Assembly (NCBI RefSeq): GCF_000015585.1
Contig: NC_008789.1
Coordinates: forward strand, 2,010,001 to 2,042,000
Source of the DNA: Halorhodospira halophila SL1
Lineage (GTDB): Bacteria > Pseudomonadota > Gammaproteobacteria > Nitrococcales > Halorhodospiraceae
Direction: 5' to 3'
Length of the DNA stretch: 32,000 bases
In this document: positions 19,491 to 28,180 of the stretch, in pieces
Layout of the letters: each line of letters begins with the position of its first letter
Numbering within the stretch: position 1 is the first letter of the stretch
The notes under the pieces: model-generated
Database searches by the model: none
What the model saw: only the letters and a program-made list of their open reading frames with translations
What the model was told of the DNA's origin: nothing
Position numbers and translations under genes: made by a program

Positions 19491-20516
19491 ATGGCCGAAC
19501 AGCACCCCCTGCCCCGCATGGAGGAGCACGGCGGCAATCTTGATCAGGCAACAGCCCGCTTCGGGCTGCCCCGGGAGGGCTGGGTGGACCTCTCGACCGG
19601 GATCAATCCGACCCCCTTCCCGCTGACCCCTGCGCCCGACGCGGCGTGGCACCGGCTGCCAGAGGCCGACGACCTGGAAGCGCGGGCGGCTGAACACTAT
19701 CGGGCCGGAAACAACGCCGCCCTCGCCCTGCCCGGCTCCCAGGCAGCCATCAGCCTGCTCCCGGCGCTCGAACCCCCGGGATACGTAGCCATCCCCGCCC
19801 CGGAGTACGCCGAACATGCGCGGGCCTGGCAGCGCTGGGGCCACCGGGTCGAGCGGCTCACCGCCGACTGCATCGCCGCCGGACCGCCCCGGCGGCTGCC
19901 CTGGCAGACGATGGTATTGAGCCACCCGAACAACCCCACCGGAACCCGCCATTCGGCTGCCACTCTACTGGCCTGGTGCGATGCGCTGGCGGCCGAGGGC
20001 GGGCAGCTGATTGTCGACGAGGCTTTCTGCGACGCCGAACCGGAGACCTCCCTAGCGCCGTCCGCCGGGCGCCCGGGCCTGGTGCTCCTGCGCTCGCTGG
20101 GCAAGTTCTATGGCCTGGCCGGCGCCCGGGTCGGATTCCTGCTGGGCCCGCAGGCGCTCCGCCAGCGGTTGGCCGACCTCCTCGGCCCGTGGCCGGTGGC
20201 GGGTCCGGCACGCCACGCCGCCCGCCAGGCGCTGGCAGACAGCGCCTGGCAAGACCGCCAGCGGCACGTCTTGGCGGCGTCGAGTGAACGGCTGGACCAC
20301 CTGCTGACCCGGGCCGGACTCGCCCCGACCGGCGGCACGGCGCTATTCCGCTGGACCCCCTGCCACGACGCCCGCCAACGCCAGGCGGAACTGGCCCGTG
20401 CCGGCATTTGGGTACGCGCCTTCGATGCGCCAGCGGGGCTACGCTTCGGCCTGCCGGGACCGGAATCCGACTGGCAGCGCCTGGCCGCGGCCCTGGGGTG
20501 CCCGCCAGGGGACTGA
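19491..20516 (+). CDS. cobD: Threonine-phosphate decarboxylase (class I/II aminotransferase fold)
   Basis: EEHGGNLDQATARFGLPREGWVDLSTGINP...NPNNPTG...LRSLGKFYGLAGARVGF (PLP lysine context). It follows cbiB in the cob cluster. Confidence 0.82.
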   Translation: MAEQHPLPRMEEHGGNLDQATARFGLPREGWVDLSTGINPTPFPLTPAPDAAWHRLPEADDLEARAAEHYRAGNNAALALPGSQAAISLLPALEPPGYVAIPAPEYAEHARAWQRWGHRVERLTADCIAAGPPRRLPWQTMVLSHPNNPTGTRHSAATLLAWCDALAAEGGQLIVDEAFCDAEPETSLAPSAGRPGLVLLRSLGKFYGLAGARVGFLLGPQALRQRLADLLGPWPVAGPARHAARQALADSAWQDRQRHVLAASSERLDHLLTRAGLAPTGGTALFRWTPCHDARQRQAELARAGIWVRAFDAPAGLRFGLPGPESDWQRLAAALGCPPGD

Positions 20517-20574
20517 CCCGAGCCCGTCCTATAGCGCGACGCGGAGCGGCCGCTAACCTATCCAGGGTCATTTT

Positions 20575-20583
20575 TGGTAAATT
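20575..20583 (+). promoter_or_regulatory. Candidate extended -10 promoter element (TGgTAAATT)
   Basis: This is the only AT-rich patch in the 140-nt spacer between cobD and the oxidoreductase gene. It fits the TGnTATAAT-type extended -10 at 4/6 plus the TG. I found no convincing -35. Confidence 0.3.
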
Positions 20584-20656
20584 AGCGCGGTTTCGCCGCA
20601 GCCGGGATGAGCCATCCGGGCCGCGAAACCGGCATCAAGAGAGGATCGACACACCC

Positions 20657-21637
20657 ATGGCCACCACTGAAGCCGCCCGGGCCGCCACCCCGCGAGTTGC
20701 CGTCATTGGCGCCGGCGGCTGGGGCCGCAACCTGGTCCGCAACCTCCAAGAGCTCGGCGCGCTCCACGCGGTGGTCGAGGTCGACCCGGACAACCTGCGC
20801 GAGGTCGAGGCCATCTGCCCGGGCGTGCCCACCTACACCGACACTACCGAGGCCCTGGCCGACCCGCAGCTGGATGCCGTCGCCATCGCCACCCCGGTCA
20901 TTACCCACTACCAGGTCGTCCGCCAGGCCCTCGAGGCCGATAAGGACGTCTTCGTCGAGAAACCTCTCACCTCGGACCGCGACCAGGCGTGGCAACTGGT
21001 CGAACTGGCCGAGCAACGCGGCCGCCTGCTTATGGTCGGCCACCTCCTGCTGTTCCAGCCCGCCATCCAGTGGCTGCGGGACGATCTCGCCGCCGGCCGG
21101 ATCGGGACGATCCGCAGCATCCACCAGGAGCGGCTGGGGCTGGGCCGGGCACGTGATCACGAAAATGCCCTGTGGTGCCTGGGCACCCACGACGTGGCCG
21201 TACAGCGCTTCCTGCTCTCGGGGCGCACCCCCGATCAGATGCAGGTCAGTGGCCAATGCGTCCTGCAGCCGGGCATCGAGGACGATGTCTATCTCCACCT
21301 GGGTTACGGCGGCGGCCTGCAGAGCCACCTGCACTGCTCCTGGCTGTGGCCGGAGAAGCGGCGCAACCTGGTCATCATCGGCAGCGAGGGCATGGTGGTC
21401 TACGACGAGATTCATCAGGTGGTCACCCACCACCGCAAGGGCATCGATCCCGGCCTGAACAACGTCGATGACGGCGCGGAGACGATCTACCAGGGCCATG
21501 GCCAGCCCCTTCGGCTGGAACTGGAGCACTTCCTCGATTGCCTGCGCCACGGCGAACCGTGCCAGTCGGATGGCCGCTTCGCCGCCGGCATTGTCGACCT
21601 GCTGGACGAAGCCACCAAGCGCCTGAGAAACGCCTAG
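20657..21637 (+). CDS. Gfo/Idh/MocA-family NAD-dependent sugar-nucleotide oxidoreductase (GnnA/WbpB-like)
   Basis: MATTEAARAATPRVAVIGAGGWGRNLVRNL (Rossmann GxGxxG) ...VFVEKPL. The ATG at 20657 has an SD AGAGAGGA upstream. The track ORF from 20408 is an upstream extension that overlaps cobD. Confidence 0.88.
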   Translation: MATTEAARAATPRVAVIGAGGWGRNLVRNLQELGALHAVVEVDPDNLREVEAICPGVPTYTDTTEALADPQLDAVAIATPVITHYQVVRQALEADKDVFVEKPLTSDRDQAWQLVELAEQRGRLLMVGHLLLFQPAIQWLRDDLAAGRIGTIRSIHQERLGLGRARDHENALWCLGTHDVAVQRFLLSGRTPDQMQVSGQCVLQPGIEDDVYLHLGYGGGLQSHLHCSWLWPEKRRNLVIIGSEGMVVYDEIHQVVTHHRKGIDPGLNNVDDGAETIYQGHGQPLRLELEHFLDCLRHGEPCQSDGRFAAGIVDLLDEATKRLRNA

Positions 21638-21658
21638 AACGGATAGGAGCTGGATAGC

Positions 21659-22765
21659 GTGCAGATCCCCATCTACAACCCGAAGCCGCAATACGAAGCC
21701 CTGCGCAGCGAACTGGAACAGGCCGCCACGGATCTGCTGGCCTCCGGCGCCTACGTGCTGGGCCCCACAGTAGAGGCATTCGAGCAGGCCGTAGCCGAAC
21801 ACCTCGGCTGCCGCCACGCCATCGGCGTCAACAGCGGCACGGATGCGCTCCTCATCGCCCTGGTCGCCGCCGGAGTGGAGCCAGGCGACGAGGTGGTCAC
21901 CTCGCCCTTCACCTTCTACGCATCGGCCGAGGTGATCAGCCTTGCCGGCGCGACGCCCCGTTTTGCCGACATCGACCCGGACACTTTCAACGTCACCGCC
22001 GAGACCCTGGAGGCGGCCTGCACCGAGCGCACCAAAGCGCTGCTGCCGGTGCACATCTTCGGCCAGGGGCCGGACATGGCCGCCGTCAACGAGCTGGCAC
22101 GCCGGCGCGGGTTACAGGTCATCGAGGACGTCGCCCAGGCCTTTGGCGCCCGCCAGGGCGATGCCCGACTCGGCACTCTCGGCGATCTGGGCGCCCACTC
22201 GTTCTATCCGACCAAGAACCTGGGCGGCTTTGGCGATGGCGGCATGATCACCACCAACAACGACCAGCTGGCCGCCCAGTGCCGACTGCTGCGCCTTCAC
22301 GGGCAGGAGCGCCGCGACCACCACACCCAGGTCGGCTACAACTCGCGGCTCGACGCCATGCAGGCGGCCCTGCTCCACGTCAAGCTGCCCCACGTGGACG
22401 GCTGGAACGCGCAGCGCCGGGAGATCGCCGCGCTCTACGATCGCGCGCTCGCCGGCCTACCCGGCCTGACGACACCGCACACGGCCCCCCACGGCGACCA
22501 CATCTACCATCAGTACACGGTGCGCATCGCCGACGGCCGACGGGACGCCGTGCGCGACACCCTCCAGGCCGCCGGCATCGGCTGCATGGTGTACTACTCG
22601 GTGCCCGTCCACCGCCAGCCGGTGTATGAGCACCTCCAGGCCCATTGCCCGGTGGCTGAGCAGGCCTGCCACGAGGTCCTTAGCCTGCCCATGTGGCCGT
22701 ACATGGGCGAAGAACGCGCCCACCAAGTGGCCGAGGCGGTGCGGCAGGCCGTTCAGCAGGCCTGA
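21659..22765 (+). CDS. DegT/DnrJ/EryC1/StrS-family PLP-dependent aminotransferase (GnnB/WbpE-like)
   Basis: YVLGPTVEAFEQAVAEHLGCRHAIGVNSGTDALLIAL...SFYPTKNLGGFGDGGMITTN...YHQYTVR is the DegT family signature. A GTG start is preceded by SD AGGAG. Confidence 0.92.
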   Translation: MQIPIYNPKPQYEALRSELEQAATDLLASGAYVLGPTVEAFEQAVAEHLGCRHAIGVNSGTDALLIALVAAGVEPGDEVVTSPFTFYASAEVISLAGATPRFADIDPDTFNVTAETLEAACTERTKALLPVHIFGQGPDMAAVNELARRRGLQVIEDVAQAFGARQGDARLGTLGDLGAHSFYPTKNLGGFGDGGMITTNNDQLAAQCRLLRLHGQERRDHHTQVGYNSRLDAMQAALLHVKLPHVDGWNAQRREIAALYDRALAGLPGLTTPHTAPHGDHIYHQYTVRIADGRRDAVRDTLQAAGIGCMVYYSVPVHRQPVYEHLQAHCPVAEQACHEVLSLPMWPYMGEERAHQVAEAVRQAVQQA

Positions 22766-22789
22766 GCCGACACCGCCCCGTCCCCCGCC

Positions 22790-25546
22790 TTACCCCGTCG
22801 TCGCAGCCGACGCCGGCTGCCGTCCCGGCAGCCGGCGCACGACGGCCTTCTCCAGCTCGACGATCACGAAAACCGCCAGACCGAAGAGCAGGATCCGCGC
22901 CCAGTCCTCCGGACCGATCGGCGTGGTGCCAAACAGCGTGTGCATCACCGGAGCGTAGGTGAACGCGAGCTGGAGCAGGATGAGCACCCCGATGGCGATC
23001 CACATCGCCCGCGAACGGAACAGTGCCCACCCCCGCCAGATCGGGTCGTAGATCAGGCGCAGGTTGAGCAGGTAGAACGCCTGGCCGGCAACCAGGGTGT
23101 TGATCGCTACGGTCCGCGCCAGCTCATCGCTGGCACCGACGACCTCCTCCATCCACACGAAGTGGCCGAAAGTGCCCAACCAGAGCAGCAGCGCCACAAA
23201 GGGGATCCGCCAGAGCATAAAACCGGAGAGCAAGGGGGCGTTGGGGTCCCGCGGCGGGCGCTCCATCACCCCCGGTTCACCGGGCTCAAAGGCCAGCGCC
23301 ATAGCCAGCGTTACCGAGGTGACCATGTTCACCCACAGCACCTGCACGGGGGTCAGCGGCAGCGCGAGGCCCATCAGGATGGCCATCATGATGGTCAGCG
23401 ACTGCCCGGCATTGGTCGGGAGCATGTGCAGGATGGCCTTGCGGATGTTGTCGTAGACGGCCCGCCCTTCCTCCACGGCGTGGGTGATGGAGGCGAAGTT
23501 GTCATCGGCGAGGACCATCTCCGAGGCCTCCTTGGCCGCCTCGGTGCCCTTGTTGCCCATGGCCACCCCGACATCGGCGCGCTTGAGTGCCGGGGCGTCG
23601 TTGACGCCATCGCCGGTCATCGCACAGATGCCGCCGTCGGCCTGTAGGGCCTGGACCAGACGCAGCTTATGCTCCGGCGTGGTACGGGCAAAGATATCCA
23701 CCCGGCGCACGGTCTCCTGCAGAGTGGGGCCGTCCATGGCATCGATCTCGTGCCCGGAGACCGCCTCCGCCTGACCGATCCCCAGCTGCTGACCGATGGC
23801 CCGGGCCGTGGCCAGGTGGTCGCCGGTGATCATCTTCACCCGGATACCGGCCCGCTGGGCCCGGGCCACCGCCGCGATGGCCTCCTCCCGGGGCGGGTCG
23901 ATGATGCCGACCAGCCCGAGCAGGGTGAATCCGCCTCCCTCGACCTGCTCGTAGGTCAGCTCCTGCTGGTGGGGGTCCACCTCCTGCATAGCCAGGGCGA
24001 GGAGCCGCTCGCCCCGGGCGGCCACATCGTCCATGGCCGTCTCCCACCACCCGCGATCCAGGGGCTGGGGCCCGTCCGCGGTCTGTTCGTGGGTGCAGAG
24101 CTCAAGCAACCGCTCGGGACTGCCCTTGAGAAAGATCCCCTGCCACCCGTGGTGGTCGGAGTGCAGGGTGGCCATGTACTTGTGGTCCGACTCGAAAGGG
24201 ATGACATCCAGACGCGGGCGCCGCTCCGTCTCGGCGGACGGGTCGTAACCGGCCTTGCGCGCCGCCACCACCAGCGAGCCCTCGGTGGGATCGCCCTGCA
24301 ACCGCCACTCGCCATCGCGCTCGAAGTGCTCGGCGTCGTTACACAGCAGGGCGCAGAGCAGGGCCTGATGGAAGACCGGATCGCGATCCGGGAACACCTC
24401 CTCATGGCCTTCACAGAACCCGCCATGGGGGGCATAACCGACACCGTCGACACGGACCCGACGCTGCCGGCTGACCAGCGTGGCCACGGTCATCTCGTTG
24501 CGGGTTAGCGTCCCGGTCTTGTCCGAGCAGATGGTCGAGACGGAGCCGAGGGTCTCCACCGCCGGCAGGCGCCGGATGATGGCATTGCGCCGGGCCATCT
24601 TCTGCACGCCGATGGCCAGGGCGATGGTGAGGATGGCCGGCAGCCCCTCGGGGATCGTCGAGACCGCCAGGCTCACCGCGGCCAGGAACATCTCATCCAG
24701 CGGGTAGCTGCGGACCCAGTAACCGAAGGCGAAGGTGAAGGCCGCCACCACCACGATGATCGCCGCCAGCCACCGGCCGAACTGCTCGGTCTGACGGATC
24801 AGCGGCGTCTGCAGGCTGTCCACCTCACCGAGCATCTGCGAGATGCGCCCGACCTCCGTCTCCGTGCCGGTGGCCACCACCACCCCCAGCCCCCGGCCGA
24901 AGGTCACCAGGGTGCCCGAATAGGCCATGCCGCGGCGGTCACCGAGGTCCGCCGCGGCATCGACCGCCTCGGTACCCTTCTCCACCGGCACCGACTCACC
25001 GGTCAACACGGCCTCGTCGATGCGCAGGTTTTTGGCGTTGAACAGCCGCAGATCCGCCGGCACCTTGTCCCCGGCCTGGAGGAAGACCACGTCGCCGGGA
25101 ACGATCTGCGCAGCGTCCACCTCGCGACGCTCACCGCCGCGGACCACCACCGCCTGCGGCGAGAGCATCTGCCGGATGGCGTCTAGGGCCCGTTCGGCCT
25201 TGCCCTCCTGGAAGAAGCCGATCAGGGTGTTGATCAGCACCACCGCCAGGATCACACCGGTATCGACCCAGTGGCCGAGCAGCGCAGTACCGGCCGCGGC
25301 GGCGATCAGGATGTAGATCAGGACGTTGTGGAAGTGACGCAGGAAGCGCACCACGGGCCCAGCGCGCTCCGGCGGCCGGAGCTCATTGGGCCCGTGGCTC
25401 TCTAGCCGTGCCGCGGCCTCCTCGACATCCAGCCCCTGCCCGCCCGAACCAAGCTGTTCGGCGACGCGATCCGCTGGCTCGGCATGCCAACAGCGCGCCG
25501 TCTCGCCCTCGGTCCTCGTCGTCGCTTCCCTGCCGTCGTCCACCAC
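22790..25546 (-). CDS. P2-type (SERCA/PacL-like) cation-transporting P-type ATPase
   Basis: 918 aa. It has the TM4 motif IPEGLPA, the phosphorylation site CSDKTGTLT, the hinge MTGDGVNDAPALKRADVGVAMG and TGES (LTGESVPVEK). A GTG start is preceded by SD GAGGGGG. Ion specificity cannot be read from the sequence alone. Confidence 0.94.
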   Translation of the reverse strand: MVDDGREATTRTEGETARCWHAEPADRVAEQLGSGGQGLDVEEAAARLESHGPNELRPPERAGPVVRFLRHFHNVLIYILIAAAAGTALLGHWVDTGVILAVVLINTLIGFFQEGKAERALDAIRQMLSPQAVVVRGGERREVDAAQIVPGDVVFLQAGDKVPADLRLFNAKNLRIDEAVLTGESVPVEKGTEAVDAAADLGDRRGMAYSGTLVTFGRGLGVVVATGTETEVGRISQMLGEVDSLQTPLIRQTEQFGRWLAAIIVVVAAFTFAFGYWVRSYPLDEMFLAAVSLAVSTIPEGLPAILTIALAIGVQKMARRNAIIRRLPAVETLGSVSTICSDKTGTLTRNEMTVATLVSRQRRVRVDGVGYAPHGGFCEGHEEVFPDRDPVFHQALLCALLCNDAEHFERDGEWRLQGDPTEGSLVVAARKAGYDPSAETERRPRLDVIPFESDHKYMATLHSDHHGWQGIFLKGSPERLLELCTHEQTADGPQPLDRGWWETAMDDVAARGERLLALAMQEVDPHQQELTYEQVEGGGFTLLGLVGIIDPPREEAIAAVARAQRAGIRVKMITGDHLATARAIGQQLGIGQAEAVSGHEIDAMDGPTLQETVRRVDIFARTTPEHKLRLVQALQADGGICAMTGDGVNDAPALKRADVGVAMGNKGTEAAKEASEMVLADDNFASITHAVEEGRAVYDNIRKAILHMLPTNAGQSLTIMMAILMGLALPLTPVQVLWVNMVTSVTLAMALAFEPGEPGVMERPPRDPNAPLLSGFMLWRIPFVALLLWLGTFGHFVWMEEVVGASDELARTVAINTLVAGQAFYLLNLRLIYDPIWRGWALFRSRAMWIAIGVLILLQLAFTYAPVMHTLFGTTPIGPEDWARILLFGLAVFVIVELEKAVVRRLPGRQPASAATTG

Positions 25547-25583
25547 GACCCCCTCAAGGTTGGCGCGGGGTGACCCGGCGGCC

Positions 25584-26465
25584 TTATCCGACCGTGGGAG
25601 CCCCCGAAGTCTCGCCGCTACGAACCAGCATCAAGTCCCTGCTGGTCTGGTGCAAAACGCGGCTGGCGACACTCCCAAGCAGCAAATCGCCCCAGCGCCC
25701 GCGCCCGTGGTTGCCCAATACCACCAGATCGGGCGGCTGTCCGGTTCGCACGCGCCCAAGCAGCGCCTCCGCCGGATAGCCGGCGAGCAGGGTCTCGGTG
25801 ACCCGCCCCGGACCCAATCCACAGGCGGTCAACTCCTCGCGCAGTCGCGACTCGGCCGCAGCACGCTGACGCTCATACCGCTGTTCGACCCAGCGCTCGC
25901 CCACGCCCGCTGCCCGCATCTGCTCCAGTGCCTGGGTATCCAGGACATGCACCACTTCCAGTTCCGCCTCCGGGAACCAGGTGGCCACCCGCTGCAGGGC
26001 CGCACGGGCGCAGGCCGAGAAGTCGGTGGCCACCAGGATACGCCGATAAGGATGCTCTGCCGGATTACGGACCACCAGGGTCGGGACAGGCAGGTGACGG
26101 ACGAACTGCTCGGCGGAGGTCCCCAGTAACCAGTCAGCCGCATAGTGCTGGCCGTGGGCCCCGACGACCAGCAGCTCGGCCTGCTCCTCCTCGATGGCCT
26201 GGGCCAGCTCACCGAGGACATTGCCGAAACGCACCTGGAGCGACGCTGACTGCCCGGGAGTCGTGTTCTGCAACTCCGCCTCGGCTGTCTGCCGGACGGC
26301 GGCACGGGGTTGCCCATCGGCACTCTCCGCGGGGATATCACTGTCGATGACGTAGACCGCTCCAAGGCCTGCTCCGGTCTCTCCGGCCAGCTGCGCGGCC
26401 CGCTCGCCGGCCAGCGCCGCCTGCGGCGAGAGATCACTGGCGAAAAGGATCTGCCTGAGGCTCAT
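25584..26465 (-). CDS. Tandem universal stress protein (two UspA domains, UspE-like)
   Basis: It has two USP halves, each ending in a G-x2-G-x9-G(S/T)-type ATP motif (VVGAHGQHYAADWLLGTSAEQFVRHLPVPTLVV and VLGNHGRGRWGDLLLGSVASRVLHQTSRDLMLV). The start overlaps the antiporter stop (ATGA). Confidence 0.88.
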   Translation of the reverse strand: MSLRQILFASDLSPQAALAGERAAQLAGETGAGLGAVYVIDSDIPAESADGQPRAAVRQTAEAELQNTTPGQSASLQVRFGNVLGELAQAIEEEQAELLVVGAHGQHYAADWLLGTSAEQFVRHLPVPTLVVRNPAEHPYRRILVATDFSACARAALQRVATWFPEAELEVVHVLDTQALEQMRAAGVGERWVEQRYERQRAAAESRLREELTACGLGPGRVTETLLAGYPAEALLGRVRTGQPPDLVVLGNHGRGRWGDLLLGSVASRVLHQTSRDLMLVRSGETSGAPTVG

Positions 26466-28138
26466 CGTCCGCCCCCTCCTCTCTCCTGCCCCCCGGTGAT
26501 TCCGGCCACGGCCATCTCCGCGGCATCGACGAAGGGCAACAGGATGCGATCAGGCCCCTGTCCCCGCAGATAATCGGCGTCCATCCGCGAGTGGGAAGTC
26601 ACCGCCACCTTGCCCTGATAACCGGCACTCCGCAGGGCGCTGATCAGCGTCGCGCCGATATCCCGGTCGGGCACCGTACTGATCACCCACCGCGCCCGCG
26701 CCAGGGGCAGGGTCTGCGGGAACTCCGGGTCGGAGGCGTCTCCGTAATGGGCCATGTGCCCCTCTTCCCGCCACTGTCCCACCAGCGTCGGGTCAAAGTC
26801 CACGCCCAGCACTCGCCAGCCCCGGGCCTTGAAGTTCTTGGCCAGCTGGTGGCCGTAGCGGCCCAATCCGAAGATGACCACATCCGCTTCATAGTGCTGA
26901 TCCGGCTGGCTGTCCAGGGCGATCTCGGCGTGCGGGACCTTGCGCTCGAAGACCGACAGAAGCGGCGCCAGGCGTTCGTAGAGCGGCTTGGAGTAGAGGA
27001 TCATGTAGGTGGAGGCACCGATGGTGATCAGGCCCACCAGCGTGACCAGGCCCATGGTGTCCTGCCCGATGTGACCCACCGACATGCCCAGGGCGGCCAG
27101 GATCAACGAGAACTCGGAGATCTGCGCCACCGTCAGTCCGGCCAGGAAACCGGTCCGCTTGCGGTACCCCATGTACCCCATGATGATCAGCACGATGATC
27201 GGGTTGCCGATGAGTACGAAGGTCGAGAAGATCAGCGCCGGCACCACCTGATCACCGATGGTGCCCATATCCAGCTGCGCGCCCAGCGAGATGAAGAAGA
27301 ACAGCAGCAGGAAATCCCGCAGCGCCGTCAGGCGCGAGGCCACCGCCTCCCGGTAGGGCGTCGAGGCAATGGCAATACCCGCCAGGAAGGCACCCACCTC
27401 CTTGCTGAAGCCCATCAGATCGCCGCCGGTAGCCATGGCCACCGCCAGGGCGATGGAGAAAAGCACCAAGAGCTCCGGCGTACGCGCCAGCATGTTGAGA
27501 AGCGGCGGCAGCACATAGCGCATCATCAGGGCCACGAACAGCAGCATGGCCACACCGGTGAGCAGCACCTGCCCCACCTCCATGGCCACGTTGGCATCCC
27601 CCTCGCCAGCGGCCAGCGAGGTGATCAGGATCATGGCCAGGACTACACAGATGTCCTGCACGATCAGAAAGCCGATGGCGATCCGCCCGTGCAGGGCGTC
27701 GATCTCCTTCTTATCGGAGAGCAGCTTGACGATGATAATGGTGCTCGAGAAGGTCAGCGCGACCGCCACGTAGAGCGCCGTGATCGGCTCCATCCCCAGA
27801 GCCAGCGCGATCAGGAACCCCACCGCCGAGGTAAACAGCACCTGCCCTAGCCCGGTCGCCAAGGCCACCGGCCCCATGGTCCGGATCAGGTGTAGATCGA
27901 GCTTTAGACCGACGATGAACAGCAACAGGGCGATGCCGATCTCGGCCAGCAGATCCATCATCGGCTCGTGTCCGTCCACCCACCCCAGGGCAGACGGCCC
28001 GACCAGGATGCCGACGGCGATGAACGAGACGATCAGCGGCTGCTTGAGTCGGGTTCCGATAAAGCCGATGACGGCTGCCACCAGCAGCAGGATGGCGAAT
28101 TGGTTGAACAGTCCTTCGACAGCGGGGATGTCGGCCAT
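26462..28138 (-). CDS. CPA2-family monovalent cation:proton antiporter with C-terminal RCK/TrkA-N domain (KefB/YbaL-like)
   Basis: 558 aa. The Na_H_exchanger-type membrane domain starts LKQPLIVSFIAVGILVGPSALGWV. The C-terminal Rossmann motif is DVVIFGLGRYGHQLAKNFKARGWRVLGVDFD. Confidence 0.9.
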   Translation of the reverse strand: MADIPAVEGLFNQFAILLLVAAVIGFIGTRLKQPLIVSFIAVGILVGPSALGWVDGHEPMMDLLAEIGIALLLFIVGLKLDLHLIRTMGPVALATGLGQVLFTSAVGFLIALALGMEPITALYVAVALTFSSTIIIVKLLSDKKEIDALHGRIAIGFLIVQDICVVLAMILITSLAAGEGDANVAMEVGQVLLTGVAMLLFVALMMRYVLPPLLNMLARTPELLVLFSIALAVAMATGGDLMGFSKEVGAFLAGIAIASTPYREAVASRLTALRDFLLLFFFISLGAQLDMGTIGDQVVPALIFSTFVLIGNPIIVLIIMGYMGYRKRTGFLAGLTVAQISEFSLILAALGMSVGHIGQDTMGLVTLVGLITIGASTYMILYSKPLYERLAPLLSVFERKVPHAEIALDSQPDQHYEADVVIFGLGRYGHQLAKNFKARGWRVLGVDFDPTLVGQWREEGHMAHYGDASDPEFPQTLPLARARWVISTVPDRDIGATLISALRSAGYQGKVAVTSHSRMDADYLRGQGPDRILLPFVDAAEMAVAGITGGQERGGGGR

Positions 28139-28156
28139 GCAAAAATCCTGATATGG

Positions 28157-28177
28157 AAAAAACGGCGTGAATCGCCG
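28157..28177 (-). terminator. Weak intrinsic terminator between glgC and the antiporter gene
   Basis: The minus strand reads CGGCG-ATTCA-CGCCG-TTTTTT, a 5-bp stem plus T6. It lies in the 42-nt glgC-kef spacer, so it probably terminates only partially. Confidence 0.4.
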
Positions 28178-28180
28178 AGT

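Noticed and set aside
20582-22054. 490-aa ORF antisense to the oxidoreductase and aminotransferase genes
   Set aside because: The sense-strand products carry unmistakable family motifs (a Rossmann GxGxxG and the DegT signature). The antisense product is low-complexity (Gly/Ala/Arg/Asp/Gln-rich) with no recognisable motif. Long stop-free antisense frames are expected at this GC content.
26591-27850. 419-aa His/Asp/Gln/Arg-rich ORF antisense to the CPA2 antiporter
   Set aside because: It is the compositional mirror image of a hydrophobic membrane protein and has no motifs.
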